Assembly (NCBI GenBank): GCA_041650735.1
Contig: JBAZKP010000001.1
Coordinates: 240,786 to 304,785 of the forward strand
Source: an archaeon
GTDB taxonomy: Archaea > Iainarchaeota > Iainarchaeia > Iainarchaeales > JAAZKV01
Direction of reading: 5' to 3'
Length of the DNA: 64,000 nucleotides
Position 1 is the first letter of the stretch. Every line of letters starts with the position of its first letter. This document shows positions 40,490-50,756 of this stretch, piece after piece. A program made the translations under genes and the position numbers. Under the pieces are notes generated by a model. It did no database searches. It worked only from the letters and a program-made list of their open reading frames with translations, and was not told where the DNA came from.

Positions 40490-40554
40490 CGAATTTAACT
40501 TCGTCTTTTTGGAAAGGTTTTTATATTCCTTCCTTTGAGAAATGTTTGTGCTGG
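40490..40554 (+). promoter_or_regulatory. Promoter copy 2 (CGAA-N6-TTCG + BRE/TATA)
   Basis: 30 bp at 40500-40529 identical to 36274-36303. Confidence 0.75.
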
Positions 40555-40702
40555 CTTCTGGCAAGCACTAGTTTTTATTTAACAAATGAATTAATTAAGT
40601 GGTGATGGGGGGTAAAGAGAGATTACCGAAAACCTTAGGAATAAAAGGGGTTAAGACAAGAATGAGATTAAGTGTTTTGAAAAAAAAGAGTATGATAATA
40701 TT

Positions 40703-41032
40703 ATGGGTGTTAAAACTATTAATGCTGGGGCGGCTATAAAGGCAAGAGCAGAACGCTTTAAGAAAAATAGAGTGTTAGTTGCTAAAGAACTTAGTGGGGC
40801 AAGCGCTTCAGAATATGCTTTAAGAAAAAGAACTGCCGAGTTAATTAAGGAAATGAGGAAAGCTAAAATACCAGTTAGTTCAGAAAATCTGTCCCTTATC
40901 TCAAAAGCAGTTTCAAGTGAAGTATCGGATGAAGCAATATATAGGACTAGTGCTAGTGTCACTGGACCACACTCCTGGGGCGGTGCGGCAAGAAAGATAA
41001 TTGAGGAATTAAAATTAATGAGGAAATTTTGA
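40703..41032 (+). CDS. Basic orphan protein
   Basis: 109-aa ORF ending 16 bp before hmgS. Confidence 0.6.
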   Translation: MGVKTINAGAAIKARAERFKKNRVLVAKELSGASASEYALRKRTAELIKEMRKAKIPVSSENLSLISKAVSSEVSDEAIYRTSASVTGPHSWGGAARKIIEELKLMRKF

Positions 41033-41048
41033 AAGTTGAGTTGATTTT

Positions 41049-42086
41049 ATGAGTGGAATAGTAGGATGGGGAGCATACATACCAAAGTACAGAATTACTG
41101 TAGAAGAAATAGCCATGGTTCAGCACGCTAACGCTTCCTCAATAAAAGAAGGATTAGGATTAGTGGAAAAAAGTGTTCCCGGAAAAGATGAGGACACTGC
41201 AACAATTTCTGTGGCTGCGGCAAGAAATGCTTTAGCTAGAGCAGAAATAAATAGAAAAGAAATAGGGGCAGTATATGTTGGTTCCGAGTCTCATCCATAT
41301 GCAGTAAAACCAACGTCATCAATTGTAGGTGAAGCGCTTGACATTGGAAATTCTTACACCGCACTTGACACACAATTCGCATGCAAAGCAGGAAGCGCAA
41401 CAATTCAAATTAATTCAGGGCTAGTTGACTCAAAAATGGTTAAATATGGGTTAAGCATCGGAGCAGATACAAGCCAAGCAGAACCAGGAAATGCATTAGA
41501 ATACAGTGCAGCAGCAGGTGGAGCAGCATTCATTATAGGTTCGAACAAAGAATCTGTAGCAACAATAGATTATACTTGTTCATTCACAACAGATACTCCC
41601 GATTTTTGGAGAAGAGCACTACAACCTTATCCTTCTCATGCAGGAAGATTCACAGGAGAACCAGCATACTTCAAACATGTGGTAAGCTCAACAAAAATGA
41701 TTTTGGAAAAAAGTGGAATGCAAATAACGGATTTTAAGTACGTTGTATTCCACATGCCTAATGGAAAATTTCCTTTACGCGTAGCAAAAATATTTGGGGT
41801 AACAAAAGAACAAATAACACCAGGATTAATTGTAACAAAAATCGGCAACACATACTCAGGTTCATCAATATTAGGGTTAGCATCAGTACTGGATATAGCA
41901 AAACCAGGTGATAAAATACTGGTTACTTCTTATGGTTCAGGTTCCGGCTCGGATTCATTTATTCTTACCTGCACAGAAAAAATAGTGGAAGCGCAAAAAA
42001 AAGCAAAAACAACAAATGATTACGTTGCAAGAAAAGAATATTTAACTTACCCCGAATATGTAGCGCATATGGAAGAAATACATTAG
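41049..42086 (+). CDS. Archaeal HMG-CoA synthase
   Basis: GSESHPYAVKP, QFACKAG, FTGEPAYFKH, HMPNGKFP, GNTYSG, SYGSG. Confidence 0.95.
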   Translation: MSGIVGWGAYIPKYRITVEEIAMVQHANASSIKEGLGLVEKSVPGKDEDTATISVAAARNALARAEINRKEIGAVYVGSESHPYAVKPTSSIVGEALDIGNSYTALDTQFACKAGSATIQINSGLVDSKMVKYGLSIGADTSQAEPGNALEYSAAAGGAAFIIGSNKESVATIDYTCSFTTDTPDFWRRALQPYPSHAGRFTGEPAYFKHVVSSTKMILEKSGMQITDFKYVVFHMPNGKFPLRVAKIFGVTKEQITPGLIVTKIGNTYSGSSILGLASVLDIAKPGDKILVTSYGSGSGSDSFILTCTEKIVEAQKKAKTTNDYVARKEYLTYPEYVAHMEEIH

Positions 42087-42094
42087 GTGAAAAA

Positions 42095-42772
42095 ATGAGG
42101 AAAATAATAACCAAAGGAAATTACTCTGAAGAAGCTGCAGTAGTGCTTAAAAAAGCAGGGCACCTCTCGTTAGCGCAAAGATTATTTTCAAAAGAAGCAA
42201 GGCAAAAACATGCAGTTGCCCAGAAATTAGCGCAATATTTAATTGAAGCGGATTTAAAGAGAAATCCAGGAATGAGACAACAAGTTATTGATTCCAAAAA
42301 GTCAAGACTTGTGATGAATTCTGCTGGAGAACTCGTTGCTACAAGTGGGGTTGAGCTCGGAGCAACAGTAATACCAACAAAAAGAGTTTTTGGAAAAATG
42401 ATGCCTCAAGTACAAGAGGTGTCGTTAAAAAATATTGAAAAAGGAAAACCCCCTTTTTCATGGAGTATGATTGAAGCAGAGCAAGAAATAAAAGCAGGCA
42501 GGAAAAGCCCCGCAAAAAAACAAAAAAAAGCAATAGGGATTTACGGGCAAGATTTTATAATAGAAGAATATGCAAAACGGGTTTTAAGTGCAGGAGGGAA
42601 GCCACAGATAGAGCGAACAATAATAAACAAAAAAGAGGTTAAAGCATTTAAAGTAACAAATGTTTCTTTGTCAGGCAAAAAAAGAGTTTCAATGAAACTA
42701 AAAAACGGGAAAACACTTCACTTTATAGTTAATGAGAAATTTGCAGAAAAATTAAAAGAATTTTTTAAGTGA
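42095..42772 (+). CDS. Basic orphan protein between HMGS and thiolase
   Basis: AGGTGA RBS; 225 aa, Lys-rich. Confidence 0.7.
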   Translation: MRKIITKGNYSEEAAVVLKKAGHLSLAQRLFSKEARQKHAVAQKLAQYLIEADLKRNPGMRQQVIDSKKSRLVMNSAGELVATSGVELGATVIPTKRVFGKMMPQVQEVSLKNIEKGKPPFSWSMIEAEQEIKAGRKSPAKKQKKAIGIYGQDFIIEEYAKRVLSAGGKPQIERTIINKKEVKAFKVTNVSLSGKKRVSMKLKNGKTLHFIVNEKFAEKLKEFFK

Positions 42773-42778
42773 TAAAAA

Positions 42779-43936
42779 ATGAAAGTTGGAATATTAGGAA
42801 TTGGGATTACCAAGTTCGGTGAAATCTGGGACAGAGGCTTACGCGAGCTTCTCCTTGATGCACAACTACGTGCACTAAACGATGCAAAAATAGCTCCACA
42901 ACAAATAGATTCCTTATTTACTGGAAACATGTGCGGAGACTCACTCTCAGGGCAATTACACATAGGAGCAATGGCTACAGAAAATCTGAACATTGACAAA
43001 CCAAGTCTAAGAGTAGAAGGAGCATGCGCCTCAGGTTCATTAGCATTACGCCAAGGAATACAAGCAATCGAAAGCGGAGCAGCAGAAATAGTAATGGTTT
43101 CAGGCGTAGAAAAAATGACTGATGTTTCAACAGAACAAGTAACCACAACATTAATGGGAGCAGGAGATGAAGAGCTAGAAGGATTCAATGGATTAACCTT
43201 TCCGGGATTATATGCTTTGCTTGCAAATGCTTACCTCTCCAAGTACCCAAAATTATCAAGAGACTTATTAGCTGATGTATCAGTAAAAAATCATTTCCAC
43301 GGCGCAAGAAATTCTTATTGCCAATTCAAAAACGAAATAACAAAAGAAACAGTGTTAAATGCTCCAATGGTTGCAAACCCACTGACTTTATTTGATTGCT
43401 CTCCAATTACAGATGGAGCAGCTTCAATAATAATTGCAAATGAAAAAATTTCTAAAAAAATGAATTCAGAAGTTTATATTACTGGTTCAGGCTTAGCAAC
43501 AGATTCATTATCTTTAGCAAGAAGAAGCACTTTAACTTCAATTCCTGCGGGAAAAAAAGCTGCAGAACAAGCATATGCGCAAGCAGGAATAACAGTAAAA
43601 GATGTTTCATTTGCAGAAGTGCATGACTGTTTTACAATAGCAGAAATAATGGCAGTAGAAGCACTAGGCTTTGCAAAAGAAGGAGAAGCATACAAGTTAT
43701 ATGAAAACAAAGAAACTTACTTTGACAGTAAACACCCAATAAATACTTCTGGGGGATTAAAAGCATGCGGACACCCTGTGGGGGCAACAGGAATAAAACA
43801 AGCAGTAGAAGCAACAATGCAATTAAGAGGAGAAGCAAAAGGAAGACAAGTAACAAACGCAAAAATAGGGGTAACACATAATGTTGGAGGAAGCGGAGCA
43901 ACAGCTTGCATACACGTATTCAGGAAAATGAAATAA
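42779..43936 (+). CDS. Acetoacetyl-CoA thiolase (archaeal)
   Basis: EGACASG, EVHDCFT, GHPVGATG, HNVGG. Confidence 0.95.
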   Translation: MKVGILGIGITKFGEIWDRGLRELLLDAQLRALNDAKIAPQQIDSLFTGNMCGDSLSGQLHIGAMATENLNIDKPSLRVEGACASGSLALRQGIQAIESGAAEIVMVSGVEKMTDVSTEQVTTTLMGAGDEELEGFNGLTFPGLYALLANAYLSKYPKLSRDLLADVSVKNHFHGARNSYCQFKNEITKETVLNAPMVANPLTLFDCSPITDGAASIIIANEKISKKMNSEVYITGSGLATDSLSLARRSTLTSIPAGKKAAEQAYAQAGITVKDVSFAEVHDCFTIAEIMAVEALGFAKEGEAYKLYENKETYFDSKHPINTSGGLKACGHPVGATGIKQAVEATMQLRGEAKGRQVTNAKIGVTHNVGGSGATACIHVFRKMK

Positions 43937-43958
43937 AATTTATAAAAAAGGTGAAAAT

Positions 43959-44171
43959 ATGACAAGGGTATTTGAAAAATTAAAAAACATTTTTGGTGGA
44001 AAAGAAGAGCAAGTAGAAGAAAATCCACAAAGACTAGGTTGTACAAAAAAAAGAGAAGAACAGGAAGAAAGTGAAGTAGGGCAAAGATGGAAAATTGCAA
44101 AAAAGTGGAGAGAAAATAAACAAATGCAAGAATCACTAATAAAAAGAAACAATTTTAAGAAAAAAATTTAA
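43959..44171 (+). CDS. Small charged orphan protein
   Basis: AGGTGA RBS; 70 aa. Confidence 0.55.
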   Translation: MTRVFEKLKNIFGGKEEQVEENPQRLGCTKKREEQEESEVGQRWKIAKKWRENKQMQESLIKRNNFKKKI

Positions 44172-44205
44172 TTATTAATACTGGTTACTTAATGGAGTGA
44201 AAAAA

Positions 44206-44604
44206 ATGTTTCGAGAAAGCCCAATAATAAGATGGAGAAATTACAATGATAGATACAAACTGAAAGGGTATAAATGCACTAAATGTGGTGCAACCTTTTT
44301 TGAAAAAAAAGGGTTATGCCCGTGCGGAAACCTAGACTTTGCTGAAATGGATTTCAGTGGAAAAGGAAAAATAGTTTCTTTTACCCAAATACATGCCGGC
44401 CCAGAAGTATTTGCAAGCCAAACCCCTTATTGTATAGCAATAATTGATTTAGTTGAAGGGGCTCGCATAACAGGACAAATAGTTGACTGCAAATACGAAG
44501 ACTTAAAACAAGGAATGGAAGTAGAAGGAGTATTTAGGAAATTTTATAAAAGTGGGGAAAAAGGAATAATACACTACGGAACAAAATTTATTCCAAAATT
44601 TTAA
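44206..44604 (+). CDS. DUF35 Zn-ribbon/OB-fold scaffold of the thiolase-HMGS complex
   Basis: CTKCG...CPCG, GKIVSFT, PYCIAIIDL.EG, GIIHYGTKF. Confidence 0.93.
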   Translation: MFRESPIIRWRNYNDRYKLKGYKCTKCGATFFEKKGLCPCGNLDFAEMDFSGKGKIVSFTQIHAGPEVFASQTPYCIAIIDLVEGARITGQIVDCKYEDLKQGMEVEGVFRKFYKSGEKGIIHYGTKFIPKF

Positions 44605-44620
44605 TTCTTGAGGCTCAAAA

Positions 44621-44884
44621 ATGAATTTAAGTACAATAAAAAATACTATTCTTCGAACATTCCTTGCACTAATATTATTTTTCATAGCCTATCTTCCTTT
44701 ATTTGCCACAACCCCCTGCGATTGTTTAGCTAGTACTTGTGCTGCAGGAAAAATGAGAGGATTTTTTTTATGCAACGCATGCAACTGCCTAACAATACAA
44801 GATGCATTAATTCAATTCTTCTTATATGGGGTAACGCCATTTATAGTATTTTTCATAATAGCATATTTTTTGATTAGAGATTAA
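44621..44884 (+). CDS. Small 2-TM protein with Cys-rich loop
   Basis: TM - CDC...C...CNACNC - TM. Confidence 0.6.
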   Translation: MNLSTIKNTILRTFLALILFFIAYLPLFATTPCDCLASTCAAGKMRGFFLCNACNCLTIQDALIQFFLYGVTPFIVFFIIAYFLIRD

Positions 44885-44901
44885 TTTTATTGGTGAAATG
44901 G

Positions 44902-45843
44902 ATGTCTGTGGTAGGGAAAGGGTATGCAAAAGTGATTCTTTTTGGGGAGCACTTTGTCGTTTATGGTTTGCCGGGGATAGCATCTGCACTGGATAAATTT
45001 GTTCAAGTAGAAGTACAAAAAGTAAAGGATTCTGATGATGTTGTTTTTGATGACAAAGTATTCAAAGAAAAAGTATCGATGAAAGAAAATTCAGAACACA
45101 TAAAATGCAAGTTATTCAATGCGATGTTTAAAGAAGAAGAATTTGTTCAAAAAAAAGGAATAAAATTTATGATAAACTCAACTTTTTCCCCTGGTGGTGG
45201 AATGGGTTACTCAGCAGCCCTAAATGTAGGAATAGCAAGAGCAATGAATAATTTGTTTGAGTTAGGTTGGAAGGATGAAAAAATAAATGAAGTAGGATAC
45301 AAAGGAGAATGCATCTCACACGGTGCCCCATCAGGAATAGATAATACTTGTGCAACATACGGTTCATTAGTGTGGTTTGAAAAAAATATGGAAGGTGGAA
45401 AAAACAAAATAAAGCCTTTCAAAACAGGGAAACCATTATTGTTAGTTATTGTGGACACAGGAATAAAGCACGACACGAAGGAGGCTGTTGCAGGGGTAAA
45501 AAAAAGGAAAGAAGAAAATCCTGAAGAGTATAAGAAAATTTTTTCTGAAGCAAAAAAAATTGTCGCAAAAGCAAAAAAAGAATTAAGTTATGGGGGAATA
45601 CAAGAAATAGGAAAACTAATGAACCAAAACCAAGAATTACTTAAAAAAATAGGGGTTTCAAGTCCAGAAATAGAACAAATAATAAAAATTTCTTTATATG
45701 AAGGGGCATTAGGAGCGAAACTAACCGGTGCTGGGTGCGGAGGAAATGTTTTGGTTCTATGCGAAAATGAAGCACAACAAAACAAAATAATTGTTTCACT
45801 GCAAACAAAAGGGTTCAGAGCAATAAAAGCAAAAATAAATTAG
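44902..45843 (+). CDS. mvk: Mevalonate kinase
   Basis: KVILFGEHFVVYG, HGAPSGID, AKLTGAGCGG. Confidence 0.95.
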   Translation: MSVVGKGYAKVILFGEHFVVYGLPGIASALDKFVQVEVQKVKDSDDVVFDDKVFKEKVSMKENSEHIKCKLFNAMFKEEEFVQKKGIKFMINSTFSPGGGMGYSAALNVGIARAMNNLFELGWKDEKINEVGYKGECISHGAPSGIDNTCATYGSLVWFEKNMEGGKNKIKPFKTGKPLLLVIVDTGIKHDTKEAVAGVKKRKEENPEEYKKIFSEAKKIVAKAKKELSYGGIQEIGKLMNQNQELLKKIGVSSPEIEQIIKISLYEGALGAKLTGAGCGGNVLVLCENEAQQNKIIVSLQTKGFRAIKAKIN

Positions 45844-45886
45844 TTTTTTTTAAAACAAATTAAAAAATAGTTTTTTTGTTGATTTT

Positions 45887-46450
45887 ATGAAAATAATTGT
45901 TGCTGTAACAGGGGCTTCAGGGGCAAATTATGCGCTCGCCTTACTCAAGGAGCTTAAAGAAAAAAAAGTTGAGGTACACTTAGTTATAAGCGAATGGGCG
46001 GGAGAAGTATTTAAAGAAGAAACAGGCAAGAAAATTTCTTTACTAAAAAAATTTGCGAAAAAAACTTATTCAAACAAAGACTTAGCGACGAGCATTTCTT
46101 CAAGTTCTTTTCTAGTTGATGGAATGATAATAATTCCTGCAAGCATAAAAACTTGTTCAGAAATAGTGCATGCGCACACAAGTACATTAATCACAAGATG
46201 TGCGGACAATATGTTAAAAACAAAAAAACCATTAGTAATAGGGGTAAGAGAAACCCCATTAAGCGGGCCAGCGCTTGAAAACCTGTGGAAGCTAAGCTTA
46301 TACGGTGCAATAATTTTCCCACTAAGCCCAGGGTTTTACCACAAACCAAAAAAAATATCTGACATAGAGGACTTTATTACAGGGAAAGCATTAGACTTAT
46401 TAGGGATTACCAATAATACATTCGTACGCTGGGAAAGCAAAAAAAGGTGA
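45887..46450 (+). CDS. ubiX: Flavin prenyltransferase
   Basis: AVTGASG, PASIKT, RETPL, PGFYHKP. Confidence 0.95.
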   Translation: MKIIVAVTGASGANYALALLKELKEKKVEVHLVISEWAGEVFKEETGKKISLLKKFAKKTYSNKDLATSISSSSFLVDGMIIIPASIKTCSEIVHAHTSTLITRCADNMLKTKKPLVIGVRETPLSGPALENLWKLSLYGAIIFPLSPGFYHKPKKISDIEDFITGKALDLLGITNNTFVRWESKKR

Positions 46451-46454
46451 TTTT

Positions 46455-47729
46455 ATGAGTTTCCGTGATTTTGTAGCAAAAACAGATTATGTAATAAGTA
46501 AGCCCGTGTCAAAAAACTTGGAAGCAAGCGGAATAATTTACTCCGCAGGCGACAAAAGTATAATGTTTAACAAAATAAAAGAATCCCAAAATAGGGTTGT
46601 GGCAAATGTTTTTGCCTCGAAAGAAAAGGTGGCAAAGTACCTTGGTTGTGAAGTGAAAGACCTTGTTCCAAAAATGATTAAAGCACTAAATAATCCGACA
46701 AAACCACAAATTGTTTCAAAAACTGATCACACAGAGATTGAAGTTGATTTGGAAAAATTACCAATTTTAGTTCACACTGAGAAAGACGGTGGACCTTATG
46801 TTTCGAGCGGAATAGTAATAGTAAGGGATGCAACAATAGGGCAAAATGTCTGCTACCATAGAGGAATGGTAATAGGAAAAAATAAACTTGCATTTAGAAT
46901 ACTTGAAAGAAACACAATGGAATTACTCAAGAAAAATAATGGACAAATGAAAGCAGCTTACTGCATTGGGATTGGTGGAGAAACAGCTTTAGCAGCAGCA
47001 ATGGCTCCAACATTAGGGGTAAATGAATTAGAAATAGCAAACTCCATTCAGTCAATAGACACAGTAAAAGCAAAATTGTTTGATGCATTGCTTCCTGCAG
47101 ATGCAGAAGTAATAATGGAAGGCGCCCTAAATTTAAATGAAAAACATTCTGAAGGTCCATTCGTTGACTTAACGGGCACTTCAGACATAATAAGGCAAGA
47201 ACCAGTATTCACTGTAGAAAAAATTTATGTAAGACCAAATTATATTTGGCACGCACTCTTACCAGGAGGATTTGAACACAAAATCCTGATGGGGATGCCA
47301 AGAGAACCAACAGTATTTAATGAAGTAAAAAAAGCAGGAGTAGATGTAATTGATGTAAGTGTTAACCCGGGCGGGAGCGCATGGTTCCACGTAATAATAA
47401 AAATTAATAAGAAAAATGAGGAAGACGGAAAGAAAACAATTGATGCGGCAATGAAAGGGCACACCTCAGGAAAACACTTCTTTGTTGTAGACAATGACAT
47501 AGATATTTACAATCCATTGGAAGTGGAATGGGCAATGGCAACAAGATTCCAAGCTGACAAGAACCTGTACATATTTACAAAACAAAAGGGATCCTCACTT
47601 GATGCAAGCGCAGACCAAATAACAAGAGAAACCGCAAAAGCAGGATTCGATTTAACAATGTGTCTAGACAAAGTACAAAAAATGACGAGAACAAAATTTC
47701 CTGAATTTGATATAAAAAAATATTTATGA
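46455..47729 (+). CDS. UbiD-family anhydromevalonate phosphate decarboxylase
   Basis: DGGPYV, EGPFVD.TG, EHKILMGMPREP, VEWAMATRFQ; context with AcnX, UbiX, MVK, IPK. Confidence 0.9.
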   Translation: MSFRDFVAKTDYVISKPVSKNLEASGIIYSAGDKSIMFNKIKESQNRVVANVFASKEKVAKYLGCEVKDLVPKMIKALNNPTKPQIVSKTDHTEIEVDLEKLPILVHTEKDGGPYVSSGIVIVRDATIGQNVCYHRGMVIGKNKLAFRILERNTMELLKKNNGQMKAAYCIGIGGETALAAAMAPTLGVNELEIANSIQSIDTVKAKLFDALLPADAEVIMEGALNLNEKHSEGPFVDLTGTSDIIRQEPVFTVEKIYVRPNYIWHALLPGGFEHKILMGMPREPTVFNEVKKAGVDVIDVSVNPGGSAWFHVIIKINKKNEEDGKKTIDAAMKGHTSGKHFFVVDNDIDIYNPLEVEWAMATRFQADKNLYIFTKQKGSSLDASADQITRETAKAGFDLTMCLDKVQKMTRTKFPEFDIKKYL

Positions 47730-47746
47730 AAATGGTAGGGTTTTAT

Positions 47747-48931
47747 ATGGATTTAACTAAACAAGAAAAGGAAATGCTTGAGGGAAAACAAGGTAGTGCA
47801 GTAAAAAAATCCATGGAGATTTTGGTTGCATTAGGAGAAATTTATAATGCAAAAAAACTGGTTGATGTGGAAAGCGTGCAAATAGCAGGAGTAAGTTATG
47901 ACAACCTTGGTGACGCAGGATTAGAATTTTTAAGTGAATTAGCAAAAGATGGAAAAGTAAAAGTGCTCACAACACTAAACCCGGCAGGAATGGATTTAGA
48001 AAATTACAAAACACTAGGAATTTCGGAAGAATTTGCAGTAAAACAAAGAATGGTAATTGAAGCATTTGCAAAAATGGGAATAATTACTACCTGCACCTGT
48101 ACACCTTATTTAGTAGGAAATTCTCCTCACTTCAACCAGCATATTGCTTGGAGCGAAAGCAGTGCAGTTGCTTACGCAAATTCAGTTTTAGGGGCAAGGA
48201 CAAATAGAGAAGGCGGGCCAAGCGCATTAGCAGCAGCCCTTACAGGAAAAACTCCTTTGTATGGAATGCAATTAGATGAAAACAGACAAGCAAGAATAAA
48301 AGTAATGGTTAAAGGACTTGGAAGAGGAACAGAAAGATTTGGTGCACTCGGAAAAGCAATTGGGGAAAAAATCAAAGACAAACCAGCGTACATAGTAGGA
48401 GTGAAAGAAGCAACCATTGAGGAATTAAAAAGCCTTTCAGCAAGCATTGCTACTTACGGCGGAGCAGCAATTTTTCATATGAAAGGAATAACTCCAAACA
48501 AAACAAAAGCCCCAAAAGAAAAAATTATTATAACAAAAGAAGATATTGAAAACGCATTAAAATCAATGAACGATGACTGCGAAGTAGATTTTGTGAGTGT
48601 GGGGTGCCCGCACGCAAGCATAAAAGAAATAGCAAAACTAGCGGAATTATTGAAAGGAAAAAAAGTCAAGAAAGAATTTTGGGTAACAACAGCAAGGCCG
48701 ACAAAAAGAATTGCTGATGCTGTGGGCTACTCAAAAACAATTGAAGAAGCTGGGGCAAAATTCGCTGCAGACACATGTTGTGTCGTTGCGCCAATAAAAG
48801 GAAGATTCAAGTGTTTAGCAACAGATTCAGCAAAAGGGTGCTATTATGCAGCAGCAAAAAACAAATTTAAAATAAAAATAATGCCGGTAGAGAAAATTGT
48901 AGAAGAAGCATGCAAGGAGATGAAACAATGA
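47747..48931 (+). CDS. Phosphomevalonate dehydratase large subunit (aconitase X)
   Basis: TTLNPAGMD, CTCTPY, WSESSAV.YANSVLGARTNREGG, GCPH, DTC. Confidence 0.93.
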   Translation: MDLTKQEKEMLEGKQGSAVKKSMEILVALGEIYNAKKLVDVESVQIAGVSYDNLGDAGLEFLSELAKDGKVKVLTTLNPAGMDLENYKTLGISEEFAVKQRMVIEAFAKMGIITTCTCTPYLVGNSPHFNQHIAWSESSAVAYANSVLGARTNREGGPSALAAALTGKTPLYGMQLDENRQARIKVMVKGLGRGTERFGALGKAIGEKIKDKPAYIVGVKEATIEELKSLSASIATYGGAAIFHMKGITPNKTKAPKEKIIITKEDIENALKSMNDDCEVDFVSVGCPHASIKEIAKLAELLKGKKVKKEFWVTTARPTKRIADAVGYSKTIEEAGAKFAADTCCVVAPIKGRFKCLATDSAKGCYYAAAKNKFKIKIMPVEKIVEEACKEMKQ

Positions 48932-49320
48932 CTACACTCAACGGAAGAAAAATTTGTGCAGGAAAAGCAGAAGGAGAAGCGCTTGTGTCAAAACAAGGAA
49001 TCTCTTTTTTTGGAGGAGTTGACCCTGACACAGGAAAAGTGGCAGAAGCGGGTCATGAGCTTGAAGGCCAGTCAATAACAGGAAAAATACTTGTTTTTCC
49101 CCAAGGGAAAGGTTCAACAGTAGGAAGCTATGCGTTGTACAGAATGAAAAAACAAGGCACAGCCCCAAAAGCAATAATCAATTCCGAATGCGAAACAATA
49201 GTTGCAGTAGGCGCAATAATATCAGAGATACCTTGTGTAGACAAAATAGATATAACACAAATCAAAACAGGGCAAAAGATGAAAGTCGACGGAGACAAAG
49301 CAATTGTTGAAATTCAATAA
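48928..49320 (+). CDS. Phosphomevalonate dehydratase small subunit (AcnX swivel domain)
   Basis: ISFFGGVDPDTG, GKGSTVGSY. Confidence 0.93.
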   Translation: MTTLNGRKICAGKAEGEALVSKQGISFFGGVDPDTGKVAEAGHELEGQSITGKILVFPQGKGSTVGSYALYRMKKQGTAPKAIINSECETIVAVGAIISEIPCVDKIDITQIKTGQKMKVDGDKAIVEIQ

Positions 49321-49352
49321 TTTTTTTATTTAATCTTTCCTAAGGCGATTGA

Positions 49353-50153
49353 ATGACTGACTTGTTTGTAGTTAAATTTGGGGGTTCTTCCATAACCAAA
49401 AAAGCGGACAACAAATTTGAGATAAATAAAGAGATACTTAAACAATGTGCAAAAGAACTTGCGAGTGCGATGAAGAAAAAACAAATGAAAGTTGCTTTAG
49501 TTTGTGGGGTAGGACCATTCGGGCACACAAACGTAAAAATGTACAATTTGAATAATGGGATAACAACGGAAGAACAAATGAAAGGAGTGGAAAAAACAAA
49601 CAAAGATTGCAATTTTGTGGGGCAATCAGTTGCAAAAGCACTTGAGAAAGAAGGAGTAAAAACAAAACTCATTCCAGGTTACGAAGTTTGCGAACAAAGC
49701 GATAAAAAAATAATTAAATTTGATTTTACTCTTTATGAGAAAGCGTTGAATGAAGGAAGTGTTCCAATAACAACAGGAATAATGGTAAAAGATGATAACC
49801 TCAAGTGGAGTGTAATGAGCGGAGACAAAGTAATTGCTCAATTAGCAAAACATTTCAAACCAAAAAAAGTATTAATGGGCACTGATGTTGATGGAATATT
49901 TACCGTAGATCCAAAAGTTGATGCAAAAGCCGAACTAATTGAAGAAATAACAAGAGGAAACGTTCCAAAAATCCTTGAAAAAGTAGGCGAATCAAAATCC
50001 GTTGATGTAACTGGTGGAATGAAAGGAAAACTAGAACAACTTTCTGAACAATTAAATGGAACGCCAGCGGAAATATTTAATTTATTCACAAAAGGAAACA
50101 TAGAAAAAGTTTTGACAGGAAAAAATGTTAAAGATACAAAAATAAAGCTTTAA
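49353..50153 (+). CDS. ipk: Isopentenyl phosphate kinase
   Basis: KFGGSSIT, GPFGH, SGD, DVDG, DVTGGMKGK. Confidence 0.93.
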   Translation: MTDLFVVKFGGSSITKKADNKFEINKEILKQCAKELASAMKKKQMKVALVCGVGPFGHTNVKMYNLNNGITTEEQMKGVEKTNKDCNFVGQSVAKALEKEGVKTKLIPGYEVCEQSDKKIIKFDFTLYEKALNEGSVPITTGIMVKDDNLKWSVMSGDKVIAQLAKHFKPKKVLMGTDVDGIFTVDPKVDAKAELIEEITRGNVPKILEKVGESKSVDVTGGMKGKLEQLSEQLNGTPAEIFNLFTKGNIEKVLTGKNVKDTKIKL

Positions 50154-50222
50154 GAGTGCTTTTTGCACAAGCACGTTTTTAAACATTGAAATTCACAGTT
50201 TTTACAGGTTGATAGTGGTTAA

Positions 50223-50756
50223 ATGAAACAAATAATTTTTTTAGGAAGAGGGGGGCAGGGCGCGGTTACTAGTGCGCAGGTTCTTGCAATAGCGGCTTTC
50301 AAGGACGGCAAACACTCACAAGCATTCCCAAATTTTGGAGTAGAACGAATGGGGGCGCCGGTAAAGAGTTACTGCAGAATAGATGAAAAAGTAATTAATT
50401 TGAGAGAACAAGTGTACGAAGCGGATTATGCAATAATACTTGATTCAACTTTACTCAAAAACCTTGACCAGGAAATAAAAGAAATGATAATAATTAATTC
50501 AAACAAAAAATCATGCGAAGTTTCATTGAACACGAAAGCAAAAATAAAGTGCATTGACATCACATCAATTGCTTTGAAAACAATAGGAAAACCATTTGTG
50601 AATATAGCTTCATTAGGTGCGTTTGCAGCACTAACAAAAGAAGTTTCATTAAAAGGATTAGAAGAGGCAATACAACAACAAATGGGCTCAAAAGGACCTT
50701 TAGTTGAAAAAAATATTAACGCAATAAGAGAAGTATATGAAAATGCAAAGAAATGA
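50223..50756 (+). CDS. porG: Pyruvate:ferredoxin oxidoreductase gamma
   Basis: GRGGQGAVT, FPNFGVERMGAPV. Confidence 0.93.
   Translation: MKQIIFLGRGGQGAVTSAQVLAIAAFKDGKHSQAFPNFGVERMGAPVKSYCRIDEKVINLREQVYEADYAIILDSTLLKNLDQEIKEMIIINSNKKSCEVSLNTKAKIKCIDITSIALKTIGKPFVNIASLGAFAALTKEVSLKGLEEAIQQQMGSKGPLVEKNINAIREVYENAKK

Noticed and set aside
40606..40740. 44-aa ORF (MGGKERLPK...) in the long leader
   Set aside because: RBS spacing is poor and it overlaps the next ORF; not supportable
45887..47729. ubiX/ubiD as ubiquinone or aromatic decarboxylation genes
   Set aside because: Flanked by mvk, AcnX and ipk, which fits the anhydromevalonate-phosphate pathway
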